Positions 49,318-63,979 are shown, counted from the first letter of the stretch. The stretch: 64,000 nt of DNA from Chrysomallon squamiferum (GCA_012295275.1 CM022673.1:2790001-2854000), one strand, 5' to 3'. Numbers and translations are program-made. Notes: generated by a model not told the origin, from the letters alone.

Positions 49318-52300
49318 CTTGCTTGAAGGATCAGAACTTGAAGAAATATTTGAGATTCTGTTTTCTTCTTAACTCCCTGGATAGCTGTTTCTTTATTTTC
49401 AGAAGGAAAACTTTTCTGACTTTCAAACAATTTTTTAATCTGATGAAATGAAAACCTACGAGTTGTGTGTTGTTCATCATCTGATTTCAAATCATCATCA
49501 TCATCATTTTTAATATCAAACATAGACCTGTGATGAGGTAATCCTTTGCTTACTGCAGGCAAAGAATTTTCACTGGTGCTCCTAACATTATGAAGGGATT
49601 TGTGGAAAGATGAATAACCACAAGATAATGACAAGTTATTAGGTTCTGTTGAAGTGTTTGTTTTATTACTGGTTTCAAATACATCTGCCATTTTGTTGTC
49701 AGAATTATTGTTTTGGTTCCTTGAGCTTGTGGGATCATTAACAGATTGGGAAGATAAATTTTCCATAGATTTGGATTTCAAGTTTGAACTAAATCCTTTC
49801 TGTTCATCTGATTTTTTATTGCCTCTCTGTCTTTCATCTGAAGTTGTTACCTCAAATTTCTGTTTTAATCTGGACACAAACAAGTGACTGCTTTGTTCTT
49901 TGTGGTTTTTATGCTTTGTCTGAAGAACACTGGATGGATCTGCTTGAGTTAGTGAATTATTTCTGTCTACTATTTCATTATTACTAACAGCAGAAGTGTT
50001 TAACTTGGTGTTCTTATAAATGCTTCTCTTGGACATCCTGTGGATCCTCAGTGTTACAAGGATTTCTGTCCTGGATGTCCCATGTGTTTCTTTCATTAAT
50101 GTTCTGTGAATATCTTTCTTGGGTATTCCTTAAATGACTCTCTTGCATGTTCTGTTTGTGCCTAACCTGGATGTTTTGTGAATTCCTCTCATCCTCTTGG
50201 AGAAAATCATCTAAACTAGCAGAATATTTACTTTCTGAAGGTTTTGGTTTTAATGCAGTCAAGACTGTGCTGTTGTTTTGATGTGTATCTTGTGACTGTT
50301 TTGTTTCAGTTTCACCTGAACTGTCCATCTCATCCTGTTCTGGATAATTTTTCCTTACACAAATATTTTTACTGGAATTATCAAATTCGTTTGTTGCAGC
50401 ATCATGAACTTTAATTCCATCAGGTACATCATTGGTGTATCTTTCATAATGCTCATCTGTTGTCAGAACTAATGCATTGTTTTTGTTTACAAGGTCCTTT
50501 TCATTAACAGATACATTTTCACCTGTAAAATCATAGTCCTGCATTTCAATACCTGATTTTTGAATTTCTGTGTTCTCTTCATCAACCACATTAAATTGAG
50601 GTTCTTTTTGTCAGAACATTGTGGTGCCAAATTACAATTCCTTTGTTCTGATATCTGACATGTTTTCAGTAAAATCAGTAGTTGAATGATGAATTTCATC
50701 TGCTTTATGTTCAGGTTGTTCACTAGAACTATCTGCTGTATTACGACACTGCAGAAATATTTCACAGTGTGTGACAAAATTCTCTTCTTCAAGACAGAAT
50801 GAATCTTCTTCATCTGAATAATCAGGATGGCAAGAAGTAGATTCAAAATGAGCATCTGTTTCCTTTTGTCTGAGATTTCATGATCTAATGTGTTATCCTC
50901 ATCATTCAGTGTCTGGTCATGTGATGTATCTTTTTCAACATTCATGTGCTGATCATCTGAAGAATTATAAACATTCATTTCATCATGATCTGATGCATCA
51001 TTTCCTGTATTAAAATCATGATACTCTGACATACCATTTTCATCATCCATATTTTCATTATCTGAACCAGTTTGTGTTTTTGTCATGCTGGGATAGGGAC
51101 TGTTATCTTCCACAGTGGTATCATCTCCATAACAGTTGTTTTCTTTCTTCTGAAGAAAGTAATTTTCTTCAACTTTGTTAACAGTCTCAGAAGAATTCTC
51201 TTCTATAATTGGACTCAGATGACTTTCTTCACACAGAGAAGTCCAGTCTACATTTTCTTCTACTTGTTCTTCATTGCAATAAAACTCATCAACATTTTCC
51301 TGTTTCATGTCAGAAGAACCATCCTGGTCTTCGAATACTTTCCTTTGTGAATTATTTTGTCCTTGATTCTCAGGGATTTCACTTTGCATCCAACTTTCAA
51401 AATCTTCAATTTCAGGCATGTGACCATTTTCTGTACAGATATTAACAGAATTTGATGTGTATTCGTTCATTTCCTGGTTAAATTCTGAACCAGAAGAAGT
51501 TGTTGAATGTTTCCCATTTGTAAAGAGAGACTCGGCTGAATCAGGATCAACATGAAAATCATCTGTAGAAAACGACTGATACATGTTTGAGTCATTACCA
51601 AGACCAGAATCATCTTGACAAGATAGATTTTTATTGTTGTAGGATACGTCATCCATTCCTTCTGGTTCAATGAGGTCAGCTTCCTTTCCATTAAAATTAC
51701 TGATACATGAATTATCATTGACAAAATCAACACTGTTACAACTTGATTCCATAGCAGAATATTCAAGTGAAGGTAAAGGATCCTGCTGAACTGTTTTACT
51801 TACTGAAAGTTCTGTTTCCCTTGTATTAGAATTATCCATTTGATCTTGGTTATATTTTTCTGGAAATCCTTCTGAATGTTCTTGCAAACTGTCACCAAAG
51901 GATATTAAATTTTCAACATTCATTGCATTCAGTGATGCTGTTCTATTACCATTGCTGCCATTTGAAGTAACAGAATTATCACCATTCACAGAAGAGAAAA
52001 TATCTTTTTGAAAGCTGCCTTTACATTTGGATTTAATAAAACCAGTATTTAAAGAGAAACAGTCATTTTGTTTATCTTCTACAACTGCAGGTTCAGAGTC
52101 TAAAAATGACACACTGTCTTTATAATGTAATGATTTCTTGATTTATAACTGGTTCTTTGGATTCTGAAACTGAAGTTAGGTCTTGAATGTTTTCTGTATC
52201 AGAATATGGTGATACTGGGCTTTGAGATATTGCTGAATCAGAACATGGAAGATCTGAACTTTGAGTTATTGCTATGTCAGAATTTGGTGATTCTGGACTC

Positions 52301-52640
52301 AAAAATATTGCTGAATCAGGGCTCTGAATTACTGATGAGTTGTTGAGTGATGATTCTGAACTTGGATGAATCAGTCCAGTGTTGTCTTCAGTTGATGATA
52401 ATGGACTCACAAACTTTCCACTTGTTGATTCTGAAAGTTGAGAAACTGGACTTAAACTGAGTCCAGTGTCTGTGATGGCAGGCTTCAGGCAACTGTTAAC
52501 AGTGCTTTTGTTTTTATCACAGACCAGCTTGACTAACTTAACCTGATGCATGAACTGGTCGTGGGAGGACTGCAGCCTCTGGACAATTCCAAACTGAATA
52601 GACACAGCCTGAACTTTTGAACTCATTATCAAGTTGTCAT
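49318..52640 (-). CDS. Giant (~3.3 kb) acidic/Ser-rich exon of the LIM gene, interrupted by ~6 frameshifts
   Basis: Abutting or overlapping ORFs 52120..52671, 50487..52112, 50014..50589 and 49314..50096 share the same D/E/S/N-rich composition with no introns between them; acceptor ggtctag at 52641, donor AAG|GTAATT; VSRLKQKFE and FHQIKKLFE motifs. Confidence 0.65.
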
Positions 52641-54609
52641 CTAGACCAGGCATGGTAAAATAAAAATCCAATTAACAATGACTCTAGAAACAGTAGGGAT
52701 ACCAGAACTATTGTTGATAAAAAGATTATTATTATTAATTTTTTTTAAATTAGAGAACAATAAAGGAACAAAATATGCAAGAACGAACCCACCAAATAAT
52801 TGGATACAGTTATGCTGACTTTTATGTTGTTTAAGAACAGCTTTGGTGTTTGATTAAAAAAATGTTGGAACATTAAACTGTAATTTCAAAGAGATAACTT
52901 GATAAAAGTTTAAAATGTCAAACTTTGATAGGAAAATGTAAAATATCCTCTAAAATTCTTTTAGTTAAATATTCTTGATGGAAAGCCAAAAAGGTGTTTA
53001 TATATAACATATAAATATATATACAGTTTCTTGAATTAATAAAATATCCTCCAGTTTTAAAGTCCTTATAAAACTGACATTAATTCCAAATACTGAAACC
53101 TTTAGAAATAACTTGAGTAATCAAAAAACAATAAAAAACACATCATGTAATGACGGCAAGTCAAACTGACACCAGAGAAATAACCTGACTGACTGGAAAA
53201 ACAATAAAAATGAAAATAAAAAGAAATGTTTACAAGTCACACTGACATGGCAGTGGTGAAGAAATAATAAAAACTGGAGTCTGATCATAGACTTGATACT
53301 GTGTCAACAGTAGGACATAACCTATGACATAAATCACAACCAGCAGGACTGACCTCTGTTCACTCACTCCACTAGCAGTTTGACAAACTGCAACCTGTCA
53401 CGGACACTGTCACCTCCCTGTACATCTGTCCATCTGTCTGTGCCACTGTGTGTCCTGTAAAACCAACTCTGTTGACTGCGCTAGTACTTTAGCTTATTTA
53501 TGTTTATGAGAAATAATTGTTTTCAGCTTAAACAAATAAGAATTCTGTAATTCCACACAGGAAATTAATTTATTGTTTTTTTGTTTGTTTTATTTATCAT
53601 TATAAAAAAAAAAAAAAATAATAATAATAAAAAATTAATGAAGATAAATAATAAATATACAGCTCTTCCAACTTTTCCTAATCTATATAAACAGTTTTAA
53701 TATCTTTGTTGTTTTGTTTTTTTGGTACACAAAAGAGAAAAAGAGATAAACAAACAATCAAACAAACCAATTCTGTTAATTTTTCCAGGCAGTAAACATC
53801 CAATACAGCAGCACCTCTAACAATAACAACAATAAATCCACATGTTGACAGAAGAATGTTTTCCAGTCTATTTCACTCACTGCTACCTCTATAAACAAAA
53901 ACCTTAATAAAAACCTTCCATTTTCTATCCCATAAGATTATTCATTTCTTCAACGTCATACTTTCCTGTTTGACATTATTTTCCCACATGCACGAACTAC
54001 TTGTCCTTCATGCCCTATTCGTTTTATATCCTTGAGGTAATACAATAAGTCAAATGCTTGTGGTAAATTAAGACACTGTGTAATATCAGTTATATCAGTA
54101 TATTATCACATATGACACAGTATTTGATATCTGTTCATGCCGGGTTCACAGATGTGGAGATTAGCTATTAAAAATATTAACACAGATAACCAATCCTGTG
54201 AATCAGAATTTGTTGAAGTCAAATCTCATTCATCAAAGTATTTGAAATACTTGAATGAATCAAAATAATAAAGTAATGAATTAAAAAAAAAAAAATTAAA
54301 AAAATGGAATCTTTCTATTAAAGTATTAGAATCAGGCTACTTTCATCCTGAATTGAAATAAGAACAAAAATTCATGTTAAAATAGTCTAATAAATCAGTT
54401 TTTGAGAAAAAGTTGAAGGAATCAAACTATTAGGATCAAGCTGATGAATGAAACTACTACTATGGGTAAAGTGAATCCAAGAAATATAATAAATCAACTG
54501 AATCAACTATTAAAATCAATCTTCTGCATCAAAATGTTTAATTGGCCCATTTAATATCAAATTAGTTTAATTAAATATTATTATAGAATGTCTCACAAAT
54601 TGATTATAA

Positions 54610-54862
54610 GAATCAGCTGAATGAATCTCTTATTAGAATCAGTCCAGTGAATCAAATATTAGAATCAGTCAAATGAATCAGATATTAAAATCAGTCCAGT
54701 GAATCAAATATTAGAATTAGTCCAGTGAATGTAATATTGGAATAAATCCAATGAATCAAATATTAGAATCAGACCAATGAATCAAACATCAGAATAAACC
54801 AGTGAATCCAATATTTGAAACAGTCTAGTGAATCAAACATTAGAATAAGTCCAATGAATCAA
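54610..54862. repeat. 26-bp minisatellite (two 13-bp GAATCA subunits)
   Basis: GAATCAAATATTAGAATCAGTCCAGT, about 9 copies, with more decayed copies back to ~54200. Confidence 0.85.
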
Positions 54863-55157
54863 CAACAACAATTCGTCCAGTAACGAGTTTAAAATATAAA
54901 AACAATTATAAAACAACACCTTATCTCAAATATAAGTACGAAAATATCCAAGGCATTCCATCCATTTTGAGTTTTTCTTAGGTCTACTCCATAATAGCAT
55001 TCCACTGTCACAGTTTAAAGATTATGTAGCCACATTAGCTTTTTTTTTCTTTTTTTTAAAGAAAGAAGAACAAAAAAAAAAAGTGTCGCTGATAATTAAA
55101 AGAACATGCTCTTTCTTATCACCTGCTTTGCAATACTGAGGTGACAAAACGAATTAC

Positions 55158-55188
55158 CTGTATATTCAGGTTTGATCAGTCGATAATT
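55158..55188 (-). other. Candidate upstream exon end (or first exon) splicing to the giant exon
   Basis: tttttag / CAG|GTAATT, NYRLIKPEYT, phase 0->1 compatible with 52640; adjacent 55210-55380 is CpG-enriched with several TGACGT-like sites. Confidence 0.35.
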
Positions 55189-57299
55189 CTAAAAACTGCT
55201 TCAGGCAGGGATAATGAACGTCAATTTTCTCTTTAGCTGTGTTTGATAGGAGGAAAATACAGTGTCAGGTAATAAGTCACGCCAAATTAAACCCGTACCC
55301 CTTGACGTTTAGAGCAACAGTCATGTTTTTCAAATCATGTATATGAAATTTAAATGACGTACGAAATGTGTTGCGTCTGACACTACAGAAATGAAAAACT
55401 GATTTGTTTTATTGTAACAATATTATTTTGTTAAATATATATATAAAAAAAAAAAAAAAAAATGGTTGGATGTTGAATATATTTGTTATTCTACAGTGTA
55501 AAATCAATAGCACACTGCAAAACTTGTACGTTTAGATTAAATTTCCAATTTCTTTAAACACGAGGCCCACCGTAGGATATTTAGGGGTACTTTTAATCAA
55601 GAAGGAATTAATGTTTTTAAATTTTAATTCACAAAACCAAAAACTGAGAGGCTCAGAGAAGGATAGTGGGTCACAATACAAAGAAATATTTACAGTGATT
55701 AAAGATGGCGGATCTACAGTTTAAGATAACACTAAATCATAATGGGTGGGTCTGAACTGAGACAGAAAGAGGTTGTATGATTAGTATTTCCAAATGTCTG
55801 TGGTTAGATATATTGTGTGTATATAACAGTGTGCAATAAATAACAAACATAATCTTATTAGAATGGGAAATTAATACCTGTAAACATACAATTTTAAACT
55901 GGGGAAAAATTGATTTCTCACTGAAGACAGAATTTGTTTAGTAGGTATTATTATACAAGTAATTAAAATTCTTATTGGATATAATACTTATCTAACATTT
56001 GCAGCAGATCACAGATAAAATTGTATTAGAATAAGAAATTAATGCTTACATAATAAATATAATTTTATACTGTTGGAAAAAAAAAAATGTATAGATATAT
56101 CTTATTGGAAATAGTTTTGGTTATAGATATTATACAAAAACAATCAAAATTTAAATACTTTGTTAAGAAATGTCTAAAACATCAGTATATCCCATTCAAC
56201 AGAAATGAATATTTTGTTTGATTTTAAATGATATAATTATTGTGCTGAAGAAATATTTAAAATACCTGTATGACCCATTTAAGTGGAATGGAATGTTTTT
56301 TACCTTTTTTTTTTTTTTTAAATGATCCAGCTTTATTATCACAGATTTCAACATTGCATAACATAGATCATTAAGAAAAATACCAGATGAGATTAAAGCT
56401 AGTCAGACACACACAAGAAACAAACAAATCCTTTAATAACCCATCAACAGTGCAATACGAATGATATTGATCAGGACAGATAATCCATTGCATCGCCCTG
56501 GGTCAGGTTTAGTTTGAAAAGTAAACAAAAATCCCTCGGTTAACACTGTGGAACTGAGTGAGTGACAAATATTCCGCTGGTAATTACTGTTATTATTCTT
56601 CCACAGAAGAGAGCTGGCAGACTGGAAGCTCTTCAGTGAAGAATTTAACAAATCTTTCTTTGCAGCCTACAGCTACTGTAACATGTGTCTAATATTGACA
56701 AGTCACTGATAGAAAAATCCATAAAAGTCTGAGCTTGCAGATAAAATTACCAAATGAACACGATATATAAACAGTAGTGGTCAATGAAGAATGTATTGAA
56801 CTATTTGACTGCTGGTCACTGTGGTAGTATTGAACAGTTCACTTCATTTAACATTTGATCAATTCAATGATTAGCATTCACTATTCGAACTGGGAGAATA
56901 CATAAACTCAAATCCATTGACATTTTCTGGTATCACCAACATTAAATTGTACTTCAAGGTTAACAAAAAGATATTTAAAATTTTTTTCTTTCAATATATA
57001 TCAATTTTCAGTCAATCAAAGTTAAACAGGAGAACATCACAAAAGGAGAAACAATTTTTTTTCTGAAGATCTGAACTGCCAACACTCTGTGAATTTGTAT
57101 CAAATAACTGACAGATCAACTGGAATTCAAACAAATCATTTACTTCTCAACTTTCACCACAATAAGTAATATCCAAGTCCTGTAATATATTTATTCATTT
57201 CTGAACCCCCCCCAAAAAAACCTCTAAAGGAATCCAATCTATTATTAACATATAAACAAGGTACAAATCCTTCTTTGTAAGAATTTCCTTCCAAAAAAA

Positions 57300-57476
57300 A
57301 TTCTTCATAAATTCTTTGTCATAAAGTTTCTGCATAAATCCTTCATATCATAAATATTTTGAATAAATTCTTCAGTCCATAAATATTCTGTACATATTCT
57401 TTGTCATAAATATTCTGTTGTAAGTTTTTGAATCCATAATATTCTGAATAAATCTTTTGTGTCATAAATATTCTGC
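57300..57476. repeat. 27-29-bp minisatellite
   Basis: About 6 copies of cataaatattctgaataaattctttgt-like units. Confidence 0.75.
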
Positions 57477-57594
57477 CTTTTGTAAACTTACTACAAAAAA
57501 TGGCCAAACAACATTAAATGGCTATTGCATTAGTGAATCATCTTTAAAATTAACAAACATATTCTGAAACTTAAAGCAAAAGTTAGATTGTCAT

Positions 57595-57975
57595 ACAACT
57601 TACAATATAATATTTTTGTAGGAATATTAATTAACATTTTCCCCTAACAACTTTATGTAACACCTTCTGAATGTTAATTAACCATTACTTCTTACAATTT
57701 TAAAATGTAACATTTTCAGAATATTAATTAACAATTACGCTTTACAACCTTACAATGTAATTCCTTCAAAATATTAATTAACCATTACTGCATACAGTTT
57801 TACTGTATAAATCCTTTGGAATATCAATTAATCATTATTCCTTTACAATTCCTTCAGAATATTAACCATTACTTCTTGCAACTTAACAATCTAATTCTTC
57901 AGAATGTTAACAATTAAACTTTACAATACAAGAATTCCTTGAGAACAGTAATTAACCTTTACTCCATACACATTT
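57595..57975. repeat. 50-bp minisatellite
   Basis: aatattaattaac-like core recurs at 57670, 57720, 57770 and 57820 (period 50), with flanking decayed copies. Confidence 0.8.
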
Positions 57976-58289
57976 ACTACAAATACAAACAATCCTTCCG
58001 ATCATTAATACCATTTTAGAAATCCTTGATAAATCACAGACAGAAACTTGTTAACAAGGGTAAGAAATCTTTTTTGGAAAAAAGGAGAGACAGCTGACAG
58101 TCTGGAAAACAACTCCAAGAACCAAAGGTCAGTTTCCTTCACTTTGCCTGAAGTGGTCAAAGTCCACGACTCATTACCAGACATCTACATAAATATCAGT
58201 AATCAATGGCTGTCAGTCAGAATTATTTCTCACCATTTCCCAACACACTGGGGCAATCTCCAAAACACTGACCAAAACACTTCACATAC

Positions 58290-58645
58290 ACACTTGACCA
58301 TTCCCAGACCTCTGTTATTTCCAAATCTGTTTGATAATAACTTGTAGCACTCTTAGATCATTTTCTTCTTATGGATATTTCAAATATTCCTGATACTTTC
58401 AAACATTCTTGACCACATCCAATATACTTCAGCATCTGATAAACTTGAAATCATCCAATATAATCAATAATTTCAGATACCCTTGGATTATTTCCATTAT
58501 ACCTAACAATATCCAAGATACTTGACCATTTCAAATATCCTTGATCATATCCAACATATTTGATTATTTTAAATAGCTTTAACCATTCCAACAAACTTGA
58601 TTATTTTCAGTATTCTTGACAATATCCAGCATACTTGGTTATTCT
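58290..58645. repeat. Degenerate 19-bp minisatellite
   Basis: ttga/ttgg core at 58522, 58541, 58560, 58597, 58616 and 58635; unit approximately TTGACCATTTCAAATATCC. Confidence 0.7.
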
Positions 58646-61110
58646 ATCATACAGTTTTGTTTCCAATATACAAAAGTGATCTGATGATTTCCTGCACAAT
58701 CAAGTAACTTCCAAAATAACTGAAACTATGGCCATTTCCTAAACACACAGCCACTGTCAATGAATTCAGACCAATCCCCCAAAATCCAACAATTTCAGAC
58801 TCAAACGGACCAAGTCCTGAATCAGAAGACCACAATCTGACCACTTCAATTAACTTGAGTACATAGTTATTCAGACCATGTCCAGTATGATGACCACACA
58901 TTCTGGCCACTTCCATTATCTTGAGAATACATTCTGAACATGTCCATTATAAAGAGAACATATACTGACCACTTGTAATTTATGGTGAGAATGATAGGTG
59001 TCTCTTCAACTTCCATCCTGGCATGATATCAAATCGGAGTTTTCCAGACAGAAGCACAAGTGTGGGCAGGTTTCACAAAACAAACAGAAAGACTTCTCTT
59101 CCACAGTCCTCCGTAAACAGAAACACACACACAAGACGGCAGACATCAAAAGGAAATTTAATATTAACATAGGTTTGTTTCCATATGCAGAACTTTCCAA
59201 GTTTGTAGATTTTTTTGGTTAAAATACTTGACACAATTCTTTTTTTTTCTTTTTTTTTTGGGGTGTATGTGTGTGGGTTTCCATGTTTTTAGATTTAAAT
59301 AATATACTGTTAATATAATTCAATAATAATAAAATTAATATATAGCCTTTTCTACATTATTACCATTTTAGACCACCAGAAACAGATCCGAAGTTATTAT
59401 AATAAATTATAATAAAATAACGGTTTAAAATGAATATATTTTAAGAGAGAAGTTACACATTATTAGGTTCTCAAATCTTTGAACATGAACCAAATATTTT
59501 TGATTAAAATATTTTATCATATTTTTTAGGAAGTGGTCATACAGAAAGGTTATCCAGTTTTTAATCTTTGTATTTTTAAATAATAATAAAAAAAAAAATA
59601 TATATATATAATAATATTTTTAAATTTTATATTTATCCTATTTAACTTAATCTTTTTATTTCATTTTTTTCTTATCTTTTTCTCTCTTATTGTTACAAGA
59701 ATTTCTTTACTGTTATTATCATATATTCCAAAGTCTACTAGATGAAAATCCACGTGTTATCTCATCAGTTGGAGATAACTTGCCTGAACATCTCAAATTA
59801 GTAGGGTTGCCTGTTGAGACTTGCCAACTGAATTATTGTGAACGCCTAGGGTAAACCTTTTTACATCTATGATACATACATACATAGCAAGAGAAACTTT
59901 CAGGAAATGATTATAAAAAGCCCACAAAACACCCACCACCACAAACAATCCCATTCAGGTTGTTACAATGGCATGTATAAAACTTTTATTTTGATCAACT
60001 GCTCTTAAAAATAATATATCTAATTATTAAATGGTTGTTTAACAATATCAAAACACATTTCTGTATTAATCAGTGTTAAATAGCTGTCATGTGATTATAA
60101 AACGTTTTTGGATAAAGGGGAAAAAACCATTATAATTAAATAATTCTTTATGTCACACTATCTGGTTTTGTCATCTGATGAATTATATTAATTACTACTG
60201 AGCAGTTTTGTAGGTATTCTTCAACAGTGTATGTCTCCAACAGTTTTTATTTTATAGCTGTTATTTCTTCATGAATGATGATAATTTTAAATGAATGTAC
60301 TATATTTATATAGTTTTACATTTTCCAATATAAACCCTGGACACATGTTAATAATATCCACATCTATCTATCTCTCTGTCTATTTATCTATCTGTCTGTC
60401 TGTCTGTCTGTCTATCTATATGTTATGATGACCTATGTAAAATGTTTAGATGTTCATTTACAATTACAGACTGTTCTAAATATTATTCTTATAATTGAAA
60501 ACATTTCTGAACAAAAACTGTATCTTGACTCCTATGTATTCATTTCAGATTTTCAAAAGATAAATTTTTATTGTCTTTCAGCATAAAGTTTCATGGGTTT
60601 CGGTTAACAAAATACATACGTGCACTTCTTAAAATTTATAAAGTCTTTTTTTCAAGAGTTAATGCCAAAAAGCTTATCTTGAAGTCTTGAGTTACAGCTG
60701 TAGTGAAATTACGCAGTTTCTCACATGTAAACAAATGACAAAACATCTCATTTACATGTGAAAGAAAAGCCAAACTGGAAACAGTTTTGCATGTCATACA
60801 TAATCCACAGCTTGATGAAACAGAAATAACTGGCATCAAAAAGAAAAACACTGTTTTCTTGACAGCAACTTTGAAAGCCACTTTATAAAATATGATGCAT
60901 TATTATTGTGTTATTTATGAACAAGATAGCTAAAATGCATTTTGTATACTTTATAATGAATGTTTTTTTTTTCCCAGGCATCTGTTATTTGCTAATTATA
61001 AAGTATGACAATAATTACACAAAGTCACAATTTCTTTTAGTGCAAATCATTGTGTTCATAGAAATGTTGATATGTACCCCCCACCAAATGCAAATGCAAA
61101 TGCAAATGCA

Positions 61111-61176
<66 letters not shown>

Positions 61177-61913
61177 CCTTCAAAAAAAGACAGTATAGTA
61201 ACTTCATAACCAACCTTCTGAATGTTACAGACTCAAATATGTACAGCTTTAATCTGACTCTGATGGAAAAAAGTTTAAATAAAAACAAAGACAAAAAATA
61301 ATGAAGCAAAATGACATTGTGAATAAAAAAAAAAAAAAAAAAAAAATAAAAAATAAAATAACAAAAATATATATATATATTTTTTTTAAATTCCTGAGCC
61401 CACTCAAAATGTCTATATAAGGAAATATTTCAAATGTTGACATTGCACCTTTATCTTGAGTAAGTAATTTTGAGATACTGAGTGTTTTGGTCGACTCCCA
61501 GTGATAAATTTTTGCACATTCTTTTGACTGTCAACATGTCTGATAGACAAAGCAAGCAGGGTCTTGTCAAGTAAGAGAAAAAAGAAAAAAAAATTAAAAT
61601 CTCCCATTTACTGTCATGGTTATGATGTTTAAGTTATAAAAATCACATTACTGCCTTAAGGGATCAAGTGAATTGTGAAATAATCTCACAAAGTATTCAT
61701 ATGCCACTGTGTCATACGACAAGTATTCTCTGCATACTTATTTAAATATGTTGTTTTATTTATACACCAAGTAATAACATCTCAGTTACATTATAAATAT
61801 ATTTAAATTTTAAATTCAAATTCCTGCAAGTCTTAATCAGTATTAAAAGAGAAATAAAATGAAATAAAATAAATAAATAAATAATAATAGTAATAATAAT
61901 AAATTAATTAATA

Positions 61914-61952
<39 letters not shown>

Positions 61953-63931
61953 TAATATGTGTCTGTATGTGTGTATGTGTGTGTATTTGTTATTAAAGAA
62001 AAAAAAGATCTATTAATGAAAATGAGAAAAAAAAAAAAACAGTTCATAAAACAAAGGAACCTGCCTGTAATTTTTCTGACCAAACCATTTCCTTTCATTT
62101 TTGTAATAGAAACTTCACACATCAAACAATAAAAAATAAAATTAAAAATTAAAAATAAAAAAAAAGAGTCAATATCACTTCTTCAACTGGGAATATTTCC
62201 AGAAAACCTTGAAGGAAAAGATCAAACCAAATAACTGGTTAAAAAAAAAACCGAGTGCAGATATAATCCTTCTCAAATGAAAAAAAAAAAAATCACTGGG
62301 AATAGCCTCAACTTTAGCTAATCTGTTTGTCTTTGTTGTTTAAGCAGGCTGGCAGTTTTTGTATTTGGAAATCAAATTGATCATGTGACCATCATGTGGT
62401 TCCAATGTCCATAATAGGAAGACAATTAGGTGTTTGAAAATTTCAAGCAGATGTGAACGTTACTCATTTTTCTGAAAATCAATATGGTAATCTAATTCAC
62501 ATAAATTTGCATAATTTACACATTTTGATTTAATTTTTTTCCTTATTTGTCGTCTTCTTTTATTTCTTTCTTATTGTATCTTTTATTTTTTCTTTTTTTT
62601 TTTTTACTTTTTTGATATGTGAAATTTGTTAACAAAAGTTAAGGAAGAATTATCAAAAGTAAATGTTACTTAATATTTTTTTTAACAAGGTTTATAAAAA
62701 AAAGAAGTAAATAAAACAATAAATAATTAAATAAAGAAATAATGATGATGATGATGTGATGATAATTATAATAATAACAATAACAGTAAGAAGAAGAAGA
62801 AGAAATGAAATAAAACAGAAATATATTTAAATATCCAGAGCTTTCTCATAATAATTTTACTTTAAATATATTTCTGAAGTTGCATGAATTTTTGTATTCA
62901 AAATATAAATATGTACATGGGATTACTCATAATAAGAGTGTGAAAATTTTGATTATGTATTTGTAAGATGTTATATTACAGTATGGTTTTAAAAAGAAAT
63001 GAAGAAGAAAGAAATCCCTGTTATTACTGTAATTACAACAGTACATGTAGAATGAATGCAAACTGTACAAGTGTAATTGATGTCGACAAATCCAAAGATT
63101 TCTGTATTGTGTATGTTAGATATTTAGATCTATTTACAAAAAGAGAAGTAAACAATACAGCATCACACTGTCATAGTATCAAACAGAAAATAAAACAAAA
63201 TCCATTTTAATCAGAATTACAAACTATTCATTTGAACCATTAATAACATATAACAAATTTTTAACAATGTCTACAAAGTTGAAAAACTAAAATGGAAACA
63301 AAATATTATATTAAAACTATTTTTTTTCACTACCTTTGTTTGTAGGAATCATTAATTTTCCAAAAACCAAAGACACAACTCTTACGCCTTTTTGGAAAAG
63401 AACTGCCAGAAATCCCCAAAGCATTATAACCTGTTTCCTTTTCACAAATAACAAACCAGATGAATATTTCTAAACTGTCCTTCAAAAATCAAATTAATTC
63501 TTCAAAGACCTGCCTTAGAATTTAACAACACTTGTAAAAAAAAAAATACAAAAAATGAAATTAGGTGGCCATAACTATTCTGATTTATTTAAAGCTGAGT
63601 ATTGTTGTCCAGTAGAAATGCCAAACAGAATACAATCAATCTTTTCTTCACTTTTACTTTTTTTTTTTTTTTTTTTTAAAATAGCAACAATGGATAATAA
63701 AATAATGATGAAGAAAAGTATTTACTTGCTTATGTCCTTGCAGTTTATGGCAGAACATGAAAGTCCTGGAAACCAAACTGGCAATTAAACATGATGATGG
63801 GCTGCTATTAACATTAATTAATTAAACAAATGAACACCACTACCCGTTAATGCCAGTGTTGGCCTTCGACTTAGATATAAAACATTTAAATTACAATTAA
63901 AAAAACCTCCCCCAAATCCAAGTAAGCTTAC

Positions 63932-63979
63932 CTGGGGATAACACAGTTTTCTTTTCTTTTTTTCAACATGCAATAACAT
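63932..63979 (-). CDS. Candidate distal 5' exon of the LIM gene (MLLHVEKKKRKLCYPQ)
   Basis: Strong donor CAG|GTAAGC at 63931; ATG at 63979 in phase 0; context truncated by the window end. Confidence 0.3.

Noticed and set aside
54610-54862. Regularly spaced repeats resembling a CRISPR array
   Set aside because: Head-to-tail units with no unique spacers, no cas genes, eukaryotic intron.
55701-55711. AAGATGGCGG YY1 motif as the start of a plus-strand gene
   Set aside because: The ATG frame closes after six codons and no downstream exons were found.
58048-58347. 99-aa plus-strand ORF with an RSVSF (PP1-docking-like) motif
   Set aside because: TTG start, no supporting exon structure, runs into a minisatellite; motif expected by chance.
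57300-59200. A second frameshifted giant coding exon
   Set aside because: Repeat periods of 29, 50 and 19 bp break frame and stops are frequent; no coherent composition in any frame.
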